Below are positions 17,646 to 27,103 of a stretch of DNA of 64,000 nt, piece by piece (the stretch's first letter is position 1; every line of letters begins with the position of its first letter). The translations under genes and the position numbers were made by a program. A model generated the notes under the pieces. It did no database searches. It saw only the letters and a program-made list of their open reading frames with translations, and was not told the DNA's origin. Source of the DNA: Burkholderiales bacterium (GTDB lineage Bacteria; Pseudomonadota; Gammaproteobacteria; Burkholderiales; SG8-41); the NCBI GenBank assembly GCA_020854035.1, contig JADZGE010000076.1, positions 18,027 to 82,026 on the forward strand. The letters run 5' to 3'.

Positions 17646-18401
17646 TCACGCCATGCTTTCCGCGGGCCGAGCGACGCAGTGGAAGAGACGCCCGGGCGCC
17701 ACTGCGCTCGCGTCCACGTTCATGTGCTCGAGCGCGGCCCAGAGCGTGCACTGGTTGGAGCTCACGACGGGAATGCCGAGCTTCTCCTCGAGCGGCTCGA
17801 TCTGGTCCATCGTGAGGAGATTCGTGCAGCTCACGAATATCGCGTCGCAGCCTCTCGCGATACCCGCATGCCGCAGCACGAAATCGCGCACCTCGTCGGA
17901 GGAAATCTTCGCGATGTCGCGCGTATCGAGACAGCCGAAGGAGCGGCACGCTTCCACCGCGATATCGCGATGCTCGAGAAATGCGATCTCGCGGGCATTC
18001 ACGTCGTCGATATACGGCGTCACCAGCAACACGCGCCCCGCGGCAAGCCTTCGGAGCGCCATGATCACCGCCTGCGAGGTCGTGCAGGCCCGGATCCCGG
18101 TGATGGCGGTGATCTTCGAGGCAGCCTCTTCCTCGGTACCGGGACCGGAGACGAAGCTTCCGCTGGTGCAGCCGAACACGATCACCTCGGGCGTGGGCCA
18201 TGCCATGGCGAGATCGCGCGCGGCCTGATCGACGGAGGCCATCATGAGCGTGAGCGACTCCCTGGTGACCTCGGGCGTGGGGCGCGAGAGCCGGTTGTGA
18301 TTGATCACCACACCCGCCGGCAGGTACATCGGGAGCTCGCGCTCCATCGCGACGTTTCCCGGCGGCGCGAGGACCCCGATGCGCCTAACGTTGTTGTTCA
18401 T
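17646..18401 (-). CDS. Asp/Glu/hydantoin racemase superfamily, maleate cis-trans isomerase / arylmalonate decarboxylase-like
   Basis: 251 aa. RIGVLAPPGNVAMEREL start, with two Cys-containing active-site-like segments (VFGCTSGSF and IFVSCTNLLT). Confidence 0.75.
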   Translation of the reverse strand: MNNNVRRIGVLAPPGNVAMERELPMYLPAGVVINHNRLSRPTPEVTRESLTLMMASVDQAARDLAMAWPTPEVIVFGCTSGSFVSGPGTEEEAASKITAITGIRACTTSQAVIMALRRLAAGRVLLVTPYIDDVNAREIAFLEHRDIAVEACRSFGCLDTRDIAKISSDEVRDFVLRHAGIARGCDAIFVSCTNLLTMDQIEPLEEKLGIPVVSSNQCTLWAALEHMNVDASAVAPGRLFHCVARPAESMA

Positions 18402-18402
18402 G

Positions 18403-19380
18403 TCAGTCGAGTCTGATGCTGGCGGCCTGCGCCACTTTGCGCCATTTCGCGATGTCCCTGCGGATGAAGTCGGTGAACTCGGCCGGCGTCGTCGTCCTCG
18501 GGTCCGCCGCGAGCTCCTTGAACTTTTCGGTCACGGCGGGCTGCGTCACTGCCTTGATGACCGCGGCGTACAGGCGATCGATCACGGCCTGCGGCGTGCC
18601 GGCGGGCGCGAGCACCCCGGTGAAGGAGGCGGCCTCGAACCCCTTCAGGCCGAGCTCGTCCGCGGTGGGCACGTTCGGCAGCACGGTCGAGCGGGTCGGC
18701 GTCGCGACGGCGAGTATGCGCACGCGCCCGTCGCGGATATAACCCATGGAGGACGCGATCTGGTCCATCATCGTCTGTACCTGTCCGCCGATCAGCTCCG
18801 TCAGCGCCGCGCCGCTCCCCTTGTACGGGACATGCAGAAGCTTCACGCCCGCCACCGTCTGGAAGAACTCGATAGCGAGATGGTTGGAGCTTCCGGTGCC
18901 CGCGGACGCCATCGTGATCTTCCCGGGCCGAGACCGTGCGAGCGCGATCAGGTCCTTGAGCGTCGAGACGCCGATGTTCGGATGCACGAGGATCGCCATC
19001 GGCGTCACGTTGATCATGCTGATCGGCGCGAAGTCCCTCGTCGGGTCGTAGGGCAGTTTCGAGTACACGGCGGGATTCGCCGTCATCGATCCGCTCGATC
19101 CGGCGACGAGCGTGTGGCCGTCGGGCTGCGATCTCGCGACCAGCGTCGCGCCGACGCTGCCGCCGCCGCCGGCGCGGTTATCGACGATCACCTGCTGGCC
19201 GAGGATCTCCGAGAGCGGTGTGGCGAGTATGCGCGAGGAGATGTCGACGCTGCCCCCGGGGGCGAACGGTACAATCAATCGGATCGGGCGCCTCGGGTAA
19301 TCGGCGCGCTCGGCGGCGCTTGCCGAGAGCGCGGCGAACGCGAGCGCTAGTGCGGCCCCACGCATGAGGTGCATACTCAT
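18403..19380 (-). CDS. Bug/TctC-family substrate-binding protein
   Basis: Signal peptide MSMHLMRGAALALAFAALSASA, then YPRRPIRLIVPFAPGGSVDISSRIL. Its stop is 1 nt from the start of the isomerase-like gene. Start taken at ATG 19380; the listed ORF starts at 19428. Confidence 0.85.
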   Translation of the reverse strand: MSMHLMRGAALALAFAALSASAAERADYPRRPIRLIVPFAPGGSVDISSRILATPLSEILGQQVIVDNRAGGGGSVGATLVARSQPDGHTLVAGSSGSMTANPAVYSKLPYDPTRDFAPISMINVTPMAILVHPNIGVSTLKDLIALARSRPGKITMASAGTGSSNHLAIEFFQTVAGVKLLHVPYKGSGAALTELIGGQVQTMMDQIASSMGYIRDGRVRILAVATPTRSTVLPNVPTADELGLKGFEAASFTGVLAPAGTPQAVIDRLYAAVIKAVTQPAVTEKFKELAADPRTTTPAEFTDFIRRDIAKWRKVAQAASIRLD

Positions 19381-19466
19381 CCTCGGGGTTTCCTCGTTGT
19401 GGGGTTTCCGGGGGAACGGCACGCCCACCGTAACGCCGTGCGCAAAGGGGTGTCAAGCACCGCGAT

Positions 19467-20369
19467 ATGAATTTCCGACAGATCGAAGCGTTCCGCGCGG
19501 TGATGCTGACCGGCACGACGACGGAAGCCGCGGCGCTTCTCCGTACGACGCAGCCCGCGGTGAGCCGGCTGATCCGGCAGTTCGAGCATGCTTCCAGGCT
19601 CAAGCTCTTCGAACTGCATCGCGGGCGCCTCGCGCCTACCCCCGAAGCGAAGGCCCTCCTGCGCGAAGTGGAGCGCAGCTACTGCGGGCTCGATCGCGTC
19701 AGGGAAGCGATCGAGACCCTGCGCGACTCGGGCGTGGGGCGCCTCGCGGTGGGCGCCGTGCCGTCGCTCGGCATGAGCGTGCTGCCGCGGGTGATTCACG
19801 CTTTTCTCGCGCGCTACCCGAAGGCGGCCCTCTCGCTTCACACCTCGAGCTCCAATGTCGTGCGCGATGGGGTGGCGAGCGCGTTGTTCGACATCGGGTT
19901 CGCCGCACAGGAAATCGATACCACCGGTGTGAAGGCGCAGCCCTTCGTCACCACGCGCGCCGTCTGCGTGATGAATCGCGAGCACCCGCTCGCGCAAAAG
20001 CGCAGCCTTCGCGCCCGCGATCTCGCCGGCGCGCCGCTCTTCCTGCTCACGCGCGGCGATGTCACGCGGCGGCGGCTGGACGAGGTGCTCGCGGCGGCGG
20101 AAGTCGCGGTCGAGCCCGCGGTCGAGACCACCTATGGCGCGACCGTCTGTGCGCTGGCGCTGGAAGGCGTGGGTGTCGGAGTCGTCAATCCGTTGATCGC
20201 CGGCGGTTTCGCGAGCCGCGGCCTCGTGATCAAGCCGTTGGAGCCGGCCGTGTACTTCGAGATCTTCCTGCTGTATCCGCTGCACGCCCCGCCGTCACGC
20301 CTTGCGCGCGAGTTCGAGGGGCTCGTGCGCGAAGCGCTCCACTCCGAGACCCATATCAGGATCGCATAG
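19467..20369 (+). CDS. LysR-family transcriptional regulator
   Basis: MNFRQIEAFRAVMLTGTTTEAAALLRTTQPAVSRLIRQFE helix-turn-helix plus a substrate-binding domain. Divergent from the Bug gene at 18403..19380. Confidence 0.9.
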   Translation: MNFRQIEAFRAVMLTGTTTEAAALLRTTQPAVSRLIRQFEHASRLKLFELHRGRLAPTPEAKALLREVERSYCGLDRVREAIETLRDSGVGRLAVGAVPSLGMSVLPRVIHAFLARYPKAALSLHTSSSNVVRDGVASALFDIGFAAQEIDTTGVKAQPFVTTRAVCVMNREHPLAQKRSLRARDLAGAPLFLLTRGDVTRRRLDEVLAAAEVAVEPAVETTYGATVCALALEGVGVGVVNPLIAGGFASRGLVIKPLEPAVYFEIFLLYPLHAPPSRLAREFEGLVREALHSETHIRIA

Positions 20370-20479
20370 CCATCGCACCAAATGGGATTGGACAGCATGG
20401 GCCGCCGCTCCTATATTGAGCTGTCGCATTGGAGCGCGAGTACGGAACTTGCCCATTCCATTCAACGGCGGAGGTAAAC

Positions 20480-21451
20480 ATGATCTTCTGGCGACTTCTG
20501 GGCGGCGCGCTCCTCGCATGCACGGCCTTCCCGTCCAGCTTTGCGACGGCTCAACAGTACCCTGCCAAGCCCATCCGAATCGTTGTGCCGTTCGCCGCCG
20601 GCGGCACCGCGGACGTGCTTGCCCGCGTGATTTCGCAGCGCCTCGGGCCGCAGTACGGGCAGCAGATCCTTGTCGATAACCGTCCCGGCTCCGGGGGCCA
20701 CGTCGGCGCGGAGACCGTCGCGAAATCGCCGGCGGACGGCTACACGCTGGTACTCGGGACGATCGGTATCCACGCGGCGTACGGCATCTACTCGCGCCTT
20801 CCGTACGACCCGCCGAAAGAGCTCCAGCCGGTGATACTTTTCGCCGAGCTGCCATGCGTGCTGATCGTGCATCCGTCGCTGCCCACGAAGAGCGTGCACG
20901 ACTTTCTCGCGCTCGCGAGGGCGCGCCCGGGTGCGATCAACTTCGGCTCCGCCGGCAACGGCTCGTCGACGCACATGACGGGTGAACTGTTCAAGGTGAT
21001 GTCGAGGACGAATCTCACCCACGTGCCCTATCGCGGCAGCGCCCCCGCGCTGCAGGACCTGATCGGTGGCCACATTCAGGCGATGTTTGAGAATCTGCCG
21101 ACGACCCTCGGGCCCATCGCCGCGAAGCGGGTGAGGGCGCTCGGGGTCACGGGCAAGGAGCGTTCGCCGAATCTGCCGGACGTGCCTACGGTCGCCGAAG
21201 CGGGCGTTCCGGGATATGAATCGACGGCGTGGTTCACGGTTGGCGCCCCGAGCAAGGTTGCGGCGGCCATTGTTCAGAAGCTCAATGCCGATCTGAACGC
21301 GCTGCTTGGCGCACCCGACATGCAGCAGCGCTGGAAGGACCTCGGCATCACCAAGGTCGGTGGCACGACGGACTTCGCCGCGAAGTACTTCGCGAGAGAA
21401 ACCGAGAAGTGGAACAACGTCATCAAGCTGGCTGGAATCAGGGGCGACTGA
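20480..21451 (+). CDS. Bug/TctC-family substrate-binding protein
   Basis: ATG 20480 is preceded by GGAGG. Signal peptide, then QQYPAKPIRIVVPFAAGGTADVLARVI. Confidence 0.85.
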   Translation: MIFWRLLGGALLACTAFPSSFATAQQYPAKPIRIVVPFAAGGTADVLARVISQRLGPQYGQQILVDNRPGSGGHVGAETVAKSPADGYTLVLGTIGIHAAYGIYSRLPYDPPKELQPVILFAELPCVLIVHPSLPTKSVHDFLALARARPGAINFGSAGNGSSTHMTGELFKVMSRTNLTHVPYRGSAPALQDLIGGHIQAMFENLPTTLGPIAAKRVRALGVTGKERSPNLPDVPTVAEAGVPGYESTAWFTVGAPSKVAAAIVQKLNADLNALLGAPDMQQRWKDLGITKVGGTTDFAAKYFARETEKWNNVIKLAGIRGD

Positions 21452-21575
21452 CGCGCGGGAGTTATCCCGGCGCGCGAGGTACACCCCGGACCGTGCGCGC
21501 AGAGCGCTCGCTCCGGCGCCGGGATGCAACCTCAACTTCAACATGGGTCCCGGGGGGACACGCCAGGACAACCGT

Positions 21576-23177
21576 ATGGCTGAATTCAACGCAGTAACCC
21601 TGGAGATGATCTGGACGCGGCTCGTGTCCATCGTCGACGAAGCGGCGGCGGCGCTGGTGCGCACGTCGTTCTCGACGATCGTGCGCGAATCGAACGATTT
21701 CGCGTGCGTGCTCACGAATGCGCGGGGCCAGTCGATCGCGCAGGCGAACGACAGCATCCCCTCGTTCATCGGCACCGTCCCGCGCACGATCCGCCATTTT
21801 CTCGAGGAATTTCCGCCGCGGACGCTCGAGCCCGGCGACATCCTGATCACCAACGACATCTGGATGGGCACGGGCCACCTGCCCGACATCACCGTCGCGA
21901 AGCCGATCTTCCTGAACGGCCGCATCGTCGCGTTCGCCGGCTCGGTCGCGCACTCACCGGACATCGGCGGCAAGATCCGGTCGGCGGAAGCAAAGGAGGT
22001 GTTCGAGGAAGGCCTGCAGATCCCGATCATGAAGGTCATGCGCCGCGGCGAGATCGATCGGACGTTCGAGCGCATCATCCGCAAGAACGTGCGCGTGCCG
22101 GATCAGGTGATGGGCGATCTCTACGCGCAGTTCACGGGCTTGCATCTCATGGAGCAGCGTTTGATCGCGCTCATGCGCGAGCGCGGGCTCGATTCGCTGG
22201 AAGGGCTCGCCGAGGAGATTCACCGGCGATCGGAAACCGCCATTCGAAAGGCGATTCGCGCGCTGCCGGACGGGGTCTACACGCACAGCGCGATCAGCGA
22301 CGGGTTCGCCGAGCCGATCGAGCTCCGGATGAAGATGACCGTGAAGGGAGACTCGATCGAGATCGACTACGCGGGCTCGGCGCCGCAGGTGATGCGGTCG
22401 ATCAACGTCTGCATGGCCTACACGGTCGCGTATACCGCATACGGTGTGAAAGCGGTGCTCTCGCCCGAGGTGCCGAACAACGACGGCGTGCTGCGCCCGA
22501 TCACCGTCACCGCGCCCGAAGGCTGCATCCTCCACTCCAGGCATCCCGCCGCGGGCGGCGCGCGTGCGCTCATCGGACACTTCCTGCCGATGATGGTCAT
22601 CAACGCGCTCGCGAAAGCGATTCCGGACAGGGTCATGGCGACCGTGGGCTCGCCGCTGTGGTGCATCAACCTCTCGGGCGTGAACCCTCAGGGAAGGACG
22701 TTCGCGAATCTCTTTTTCATGAACGGGGGCTACGGCGCCGCGCACGACCGCGACGGCATCAACGTGCTGAGCTGGCCGAGCAACATCTCTTCGACGCCGG
22801 TGGAGATGATCGAGAAGCTGGCGCCGCTCAAGGTGCGCCACCGGCGCTTTCGCCGCGGCACCGGCGGCAAGGGCCGGTACCGCGGCGGCACCGGCCAGGA
22901 GATCTGCTTCGAGTCGACGTCGAAGACGCCGATCGTCGCGACCTTCATGGCCGAGCGCACGCGCGCGCAGGCCGCGGCGGCGGGCATTGCCGGCGGAGAA
23001 GCGGGCGCGCCGGGAGAGGTCGTCATCGACGGCAGGCGCGTCGATCCCAAAGCGCAGCACGTCGTGGAGCCGGGCGGCACGATCGAGCTGAAGACGCCCG
23101 GCGGCGGGGGGTACGGGTCGCCTTCCGAGCGCCGGAGAGAGCTCATCGAAGCTGATCGGGCGGATGGATACATCTAA
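21576..23177 (+). CDS. hydantoinase B / oxoprolinase family protein (HyuB-like)
   Basis: Starts MAEFNAVTLEMIWTRLVSIVDEAAAALVRTSFSTIVRESNDFACVLT, a typical HyuB N-terminus. 533 aa. Confidence 0.85.
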   Translation: MAEFNAVTLEMIWTRLVSIVDEAAAALVRTSFSTIVRESNDFACVLTNARGQSIAQANDSIPSFIGTVPRTIRHFLEEFPPRTLEPGDILITNDIWMGTGHLPDITVAKPIFLNGRIVAFAGSVAHSPDIGGKIRSAEAKEVFEEGLQIPIMKVMRRGEIDRTFERIIRKNVRVPDQVMGDLYAQFTGLHLMEQRLIALMRERGLDSLEGLAEEIHRRSETAIRKAIRALPDGVYTHSAISDGFAEPIELRMKMTVKGDSIEIDYAGSAPQVMRSINVCMAYTVAYTAYGVKAVLSPEVPNNDGVLRPITVTAPEGCILHSRHPAAGGARALIGHFLPMMVINALAKAIPDRVMATVGSPLWCINLSGVNPQGRTFANLFFMNGGYGAAHDRDGINVLSWPSNISSTPVEMIEKLAPLKVRHRRFRRGTGGKGRYRGGTGQEICFESTSKTPIVATFMAERTRAQAAAAGIAGGEAGAPGEVVIDGRRVDPKAQHVVEPGGTIELKTPGGGGYGSPSERRRELIEADRADGYI

Positions 23178-23274
23178 CCGGCGTCGAGGCGCGAAGCCGG
23201 GACCCGGGCGCGGTGCGCAGGTTGCGCACCCGACCGGATTCCGCCTTCGGGCCGAAATGACGAATTGACGGCAC

Positions 23275-25356
23275 ATGAACGCAGCCTACTCGCTCGCAAT
23301 CGACATCGGCGGCACCTTCACCGACATCGTCGTCTACGACCACGCACGCGCGCGGTCGCTCTCGCACAAGGAGCTCACCACGGCGGAGGCGCCGCACAAG
23401 GGGGTTGTGACGGGCATCCGGCGTCTCTTCAAACAGCACGAGATTCCGTACTCGCAGGTGGCGCGCGTCGTACACGCGACGACGCTCTTCACGAATGCAC
23501 TGATCGAGCGTAAAGGCGCGGTCACCGGCCTCATCACCACCGCCGGTTTCCGCGACACGCTCGAAATGCAGCGCGAGCACAAGTATGAGCTCTACGATCT
23601 CTTCATCGAGCTGCCGAGGCCGCTGGTGCGCCGCGCATTGCGCGTGGAAGTGAAGGAGCGCATGACGGTCGAGGGCACGCCCGAAGTGCCGCTCGACGAG
23701 AAGGCGCTTCTCGCGCGCGCGAAGGCGCTGCGCGAGGCGGGCGTGACTTCGGTTGCCGTCGTGTTTCTGCACGCCTACGCAAACGACGCGCACGAGCGGC
23801 GCGCCGGCGAGCTGCTGGGGAAGCACTACCCGGACCTCTTCGTGTCGCTTTCGAGCGACGTCTCGCCGCAGATCCGCGAGTTCGAACGCACGTCCACGAC
23901 GGTTGCGAACGCCTACATCAAGCCGCTTGCGGACAGCTATCTCGCGCTCATGAGCCGCGAGATCGCGGGGCTCGGCATCAGCGCGCCGCTTTTCATGATG
24001 CTTTCGAACGGCGGCCTCACGCACATCGACGAGGCGAAGCGCGTCCCCATTCAGCTCCTCGAGTCCGGTCCCGCGGCAGGCGCGCTCGCGGGCGCATTCT
24101 TCGGCGCGCGCTCGAACATGCCCGACGTGCTCGCGTTCGATATGGGCGGCACGACGGCGAAACTCTCCATCATCGACAAAGGCGAGCCCCTCATTGCCTA
24201 CAAGTTCGAGGCGAGCCGCCAGAAGCGCTTCGCCGAAGGCAGCGGGCTGCCGCTCGACATTTCGACCGTGGAGCTGATCGAAATCGGCGCGGGCGGCGGA
24301 AGCATCGCGGCGATCGACACGCTCGGGCTCCTCAAGGTGGGGCCCCGCAGCGCCGGCGCCGCGCCGGGACCGGCGTGCTACCGGCGCGGCGGTAAGGACG
24401 CGACGGTCACCGATGCGAACCTCACGCTGGGCTACCTGGAGGCGTCGAACTTTGCCGGCGGCACGATGAAGATCGATCCGCCGCTCGCGGCACAGGCGAT
24501 CGAGCCGCTCGCGAAGGCTTCGCAACTCGATGTGCCCGAGCTTTCGTGGGGCATACATTCGGTGGTGAACGAGAACATGGCCGCCGCGGCGCGCGTGCAC
24601 ATCGCCGAGCGCGGACATCAGGCGGATCGCTTCGCGCTGCTCGTGACGGGCGGGGGCGGACCGCTTCACGGCTGCGAGGTCGCGCGCAAGCTCGGCATCA
24701 AGCGCATCATCTGTCCGCCCGACGCCGGCGTCGCTTCGGCGCTCGGGCTTCTGATGGCGCCCGCACGCATCGACCGCGTGGGCACGATCGCGCGCCGGCT
24801 CGATCTGTCCTGGGCCGGGCTCGAGCCGGCGTTCACCGCGCTCGAGCGCGAAGCGACGAGCGTCATAGAAAAGACGCTGCCCGGCGGGGCGCAGACGTCG
24901 GTCGCCCGTTCGGCGGACATGCGCTTCGCCGGCCAGGGTTTCGAGCTCGTGACGCCGCTTCCGGCGGGCCCGTACACCGCCGAATCCGAGGCCGCGATCC
25001 GCGATGCGTTCATCGCGACCTACCGGCAGATGTTCGGCCAGGTTCCGCCGGTCGCGAAGATCGAGATCATCAACATCCGCGTCGCGGTGTCTGCGCCCAC
25101 GGGCGATGGGCGGCTCGATACACGCGCGAGCCGGGACGGCGGCGGCAATGCGCTCAAGGGCAAGCGCCGCGCCTGGGTTCCCGCGCTGAAGGCTTACTCC
25201 GACGTGCCGGTATACGAGCGCTTCGCCTTGTCGGCGGGCGATGCGATCGACGGCCCCGCGATCGTCGAGGAAGCGTCCTCGACCCTGATCGTGCCGCCCG
25301 GGGCGCGCGCCGTGACGGACGCGTCGGGCAACATCGTCGTCGAGCTGCAGGACTGA
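23275..25356 (+). CDS. hydantoinase A / oxoprolinase family protein (HyuA-like)
   Basis: YSLAIDIGGTFTDIVV ATPase-fold start and AFDMGGTTAKLS second phosphate motif. 693 aa. Confidence 0.85.
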   Translation: MNAAYSLAIDIGGTFTDIVVYDHARARSLSHKELTTAEAPHKGVVTGIRRLFKQHEIPYSQVARVVHATTLFTNALIERKGAVTGLITTAGFRDTLEMQREHKYELYDLFIELPRPLVRRALRVEVKERMTVEGTPEVPLDEKALLARAKALREAGVTSVAVVFLHAYANDAHERRAGELLGKHYPDLFVSLSSDVSPQIREFERTSTTVANAYIKPLADSYLALMSREIAGLGISAPLFMMLSNGGLTHIDEAKRVPIQLLESGPAAGALAGAFFGARSNMPDVLAFDMGGTTAKLSIIDKGEPLIAYKFEASRQKRFAEGSGLPLDISTVELIEIGAGGGSIAAIDTLGLLKVGPRSAGAAPGPACYRRGGKDATVTDANLTLGYLEASNFAGGTMKIDPPLAAQAIEPLAKASQLDVPELSWGIHSVVNENMAAAARVHIAERGHQADRFALLVTGGGGPLHGCEVARKLGIKRIICPPDAGVASALGLLMAPARIDRVGTIARRLDLSWAGLEPAFTALEREATSVIEKTLPGGAQTSVARSADMRFAGQGFELVTPLPAGPYTAESEAAIRDAFIATYRQMFGQVPPVAKIEIINIRVAVSAPTGDGRLDTRASRDGGGNALKGKRRAWVPALKAYSDVPVYERFALSAGDAIDGPAIVEEASSTLIVPPGARAVTDASGNIVVELQD

Positions 25357-25362
25357 CGCGGC

Positions 25363-26154
25363 ATGGCCACGACCGAACGGATCGTCGTTCGCAAGGAGGG
25401 CGCGCTGGGCCGGCTCGTCTTCAACAATCTCGCCCGCCACAACGCGATCTCCCTCGACATGGCCGAAGCCGTTCCGGAGGTGATCCGCGACTTCGAATCG
25501 GATGCCGCTATCCGCGTCGTCATCCTGAGCGGCGCGGGCGAGCGGGCATTCGCGGCGGGCTCCGACATCTCGAGCTTCGGCGAAGTGCGTTCCGATCCCG
25601 GGCGCAACAAGCGCTACAACGCGATCAACGAGAACGCCTACCATGCCGTGTATCGATGCGCGAAGCCGACGATCGCGATGATCCGCGGCTACTGCATCGG
25701 CGGCGGCCTCGATTTTGCGGCGAGCTGCGATCTGCGGGTGTGCTCGGAGGACTCCACGTTCGCGGTGCCGGCGGGCAGGCTCGGGCTCGGCTACGGCCAC
25801 GAAGGCATCGAGCGCATCGGGCGCGTCATCGGCACCATGCGCGCCCGCGACATGTTGTTCACCGCACGGCGGCTCTCGGCCGCCGAGGCGCTCGCGATCG
25901 GTCTCGCCGACCGCGTCTGGCCGGTTGCGGAATTCGAGCGCGAGGCGCTGGCGTACGCGGAGCTTGTCGCCGCGAACGCGCCGCTCACGGTCGCCGCGCT
26001 CAAGGCGGCTTTCCTCGAGTACGAGAAGCCACATGCCGAGCGCGACTTCGCGAGGCCGCAGTCGCTCATCGACAAGTGCTTCATGAGCGAGGACTACCAG
26101 GAAGGCCGCGCCGCGTTCGCCGGGAAGCGGAAGCCGGATTTCAAGGGACGCTGA
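25363..26154 (+). CDS. enoyl-CoA hydratase/isomerase (crotonase) family protein
   Basis: 263 aa. VVILSGAGERAFAAGSDI and the IAMIRGYCIGGGLDFAASCDLRV oxyanion-hole segment. Confidence 0.85.
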   Translation: MATTERIVVRKEGALGRLVFNNLARHNAISLDMAEAVPEVIRDFESDAAIRVVILSGAGERAFAAGSDISSFGEVRSDPGRNKRYNAINENAYHAVYRCAKPTIAMIRGYCIGGGLDFAASCDLRVCSEDSTFAVPAGRLGLGYGHEGIERIGRVIGTMRARDMLFTARRLSAAEALAIGLADRVWPVAEFEREALAYAELVAANAPLTVAALKAAFLEYEKPHAERDFARPQSLIDKCFMSEDYQEGRAAFAGKRKPDFKGR

Positions 26155-26156
26155 AC

Positions 26157-26351
26157 GTGAGCACGACCCGGCGCGGGGCCCTCTCGCGATTCAAGGTGAT
26201 CGATCTCACGCGCGTGCGTTCCGGCCCGACGGCCGTGCGCCAGCTCGCCGACTGGGGCGCCGACGTGATCAAGATCGAGTCGCCCACATCGAAACTCGCA
26301 AGTGAGCTCCGCTCGTCGCCATGGCGAAGCTTGAAGCCGAGCGCGCGATAA
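26157..26351 (+). pseudogene. family III (CaiB/BaiF-type) CoA-transferase, N-terminal fragment only
   Basis: GTG 26157 lies 2 nt after the crotonase stop. LSRFKVIDLTRVRSGPTAVRQLADWGADVIKIE is the canonical N-terminus. Similarity ends at about 26283 and the frame stops at 26349-26351. Full length would be about 400 aa. Confidence 0.55.
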
Positions 26352-26413
26352 AACCGCACCGCACGCGACATGTCATGCGCGGCGAGCGCGATGGCGCTGA
26401 TCGTAATCGGCAT
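26279..26413 (-). pseudogene. VOC (glyoxalase/bleomycin-resistance) family, N-terminal fragment
   Basis: MPITISAIALAAHDMSRAVRFYRALGFKLRHGDERSSLASFDVGD resembles the first beta-alpha-beta-beta-beta unit of VOC proteins. Beyond about 26283 the ORF is merely the antisense of the CoA-transferase fragment. Confidence 0.45.
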
Positions 26414-26452
26414 GCGAGTGCGGAGCGTCGCTCTCGACGCGGGGGTTAGGCG

Positions 26453-26854
26453 TCACTGCGCGGGACCCGAAGTGATGAACGTGGTCTTGACTGGTGGAGG
26501 CGACTTGAGCGTCTGTTGAACAATGCAGCACCGCTCCGCAGCCAGCTTCAGCTTCTCGAGCAACTCTGGCGGGGTCCCCACTCTGGCTTTGAAGCAAATG
26601 TTGCAGGTCATTGTCTGGAAACCGACCGGCACACCCGGACCTACAGCCATGGCGCCGCGTACGTCGACGGTAGCGATCACGCTGACTTCCAGACTGGTGA
26701 GTTCCACACCGAGCAGGTTGGCGACCAGGCGCATGGTCGAATCCTGGCAGGCGGCCAGGGCAGCGCAGGGAATGTCCCCGGGAGTGGGGCCGTCGTGCGG
26801 CCCCCCGACGGCGGCGTGCGTGCCAATAGGCACGACTACGCCGCAACCATCCAT
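26453..26854 (-). CDS. OsmC/Ohr-family protein (coordinates from first internal ATG; reading frame continues upstream into an antitoxin remnant)
   Basis: GGPHDGPTPGDIPCAALAACQDSTMRLVA ... LKLAAERCCIVQQTL matches the OsmC fold pattern (GP-P-ELL-AL--C ... C-V). No stop separates it from the Phd-like sequence upstream. Confidence 0.5.
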   Translation of the reverse strand: MDGCGVVVPIGTHAAVGGPHDGPTPGDIPCAALAACQDSTMRLVANLLGVELTSLEVSVIATVDVRGAMAVGPGVPVGFQTMTCNICFKARVGTPPELLEKLKLAAERCCIVQQTLKSPPPVKTTFITSGPAQ

Positions 26855-27100
26855 GGGTTCGACTTTGGAATGGTCCAGTTTCGTGCCGCGTCCGGAGCGC
26901 GGGCTTTCCCGCGCGCTTGCGATGCGTTGGAGGAACACCGGGTCGTTCTCCAGCCGGTAGTCGAACCAGTCGTCCTCCGAGTCAAAACCAATCGGAACGC
27001 CCGCCGGTTTCCCGTGGCGCGTGATAAGGATTTCGCCCTTCGCCACCTCGCGCAGATAGCGGGACAGGTCGTCCTTGACTTCGCCAAGGAAGGACCCCTT
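26855..27100 (-). pseudogene. Phd/YefM-type antitoxin remnant, frameshifted start, no own stop
   Basis: SFLGEVKDDLSRYLREVAKGEILITRHGKPAGVPIGFDSEDDWFDYRLENDPVFLQRIASARESPRSGRGTKLD looks like a near-complete Phd-family antitoxin. The only nearby start (GTG 27102-27104, overlapping the upstream TGA) is out of frame by one base across a C4/G4 run at 27095-27098. Confidence 0.45.
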
Positions 27101-27103
27101 TCA

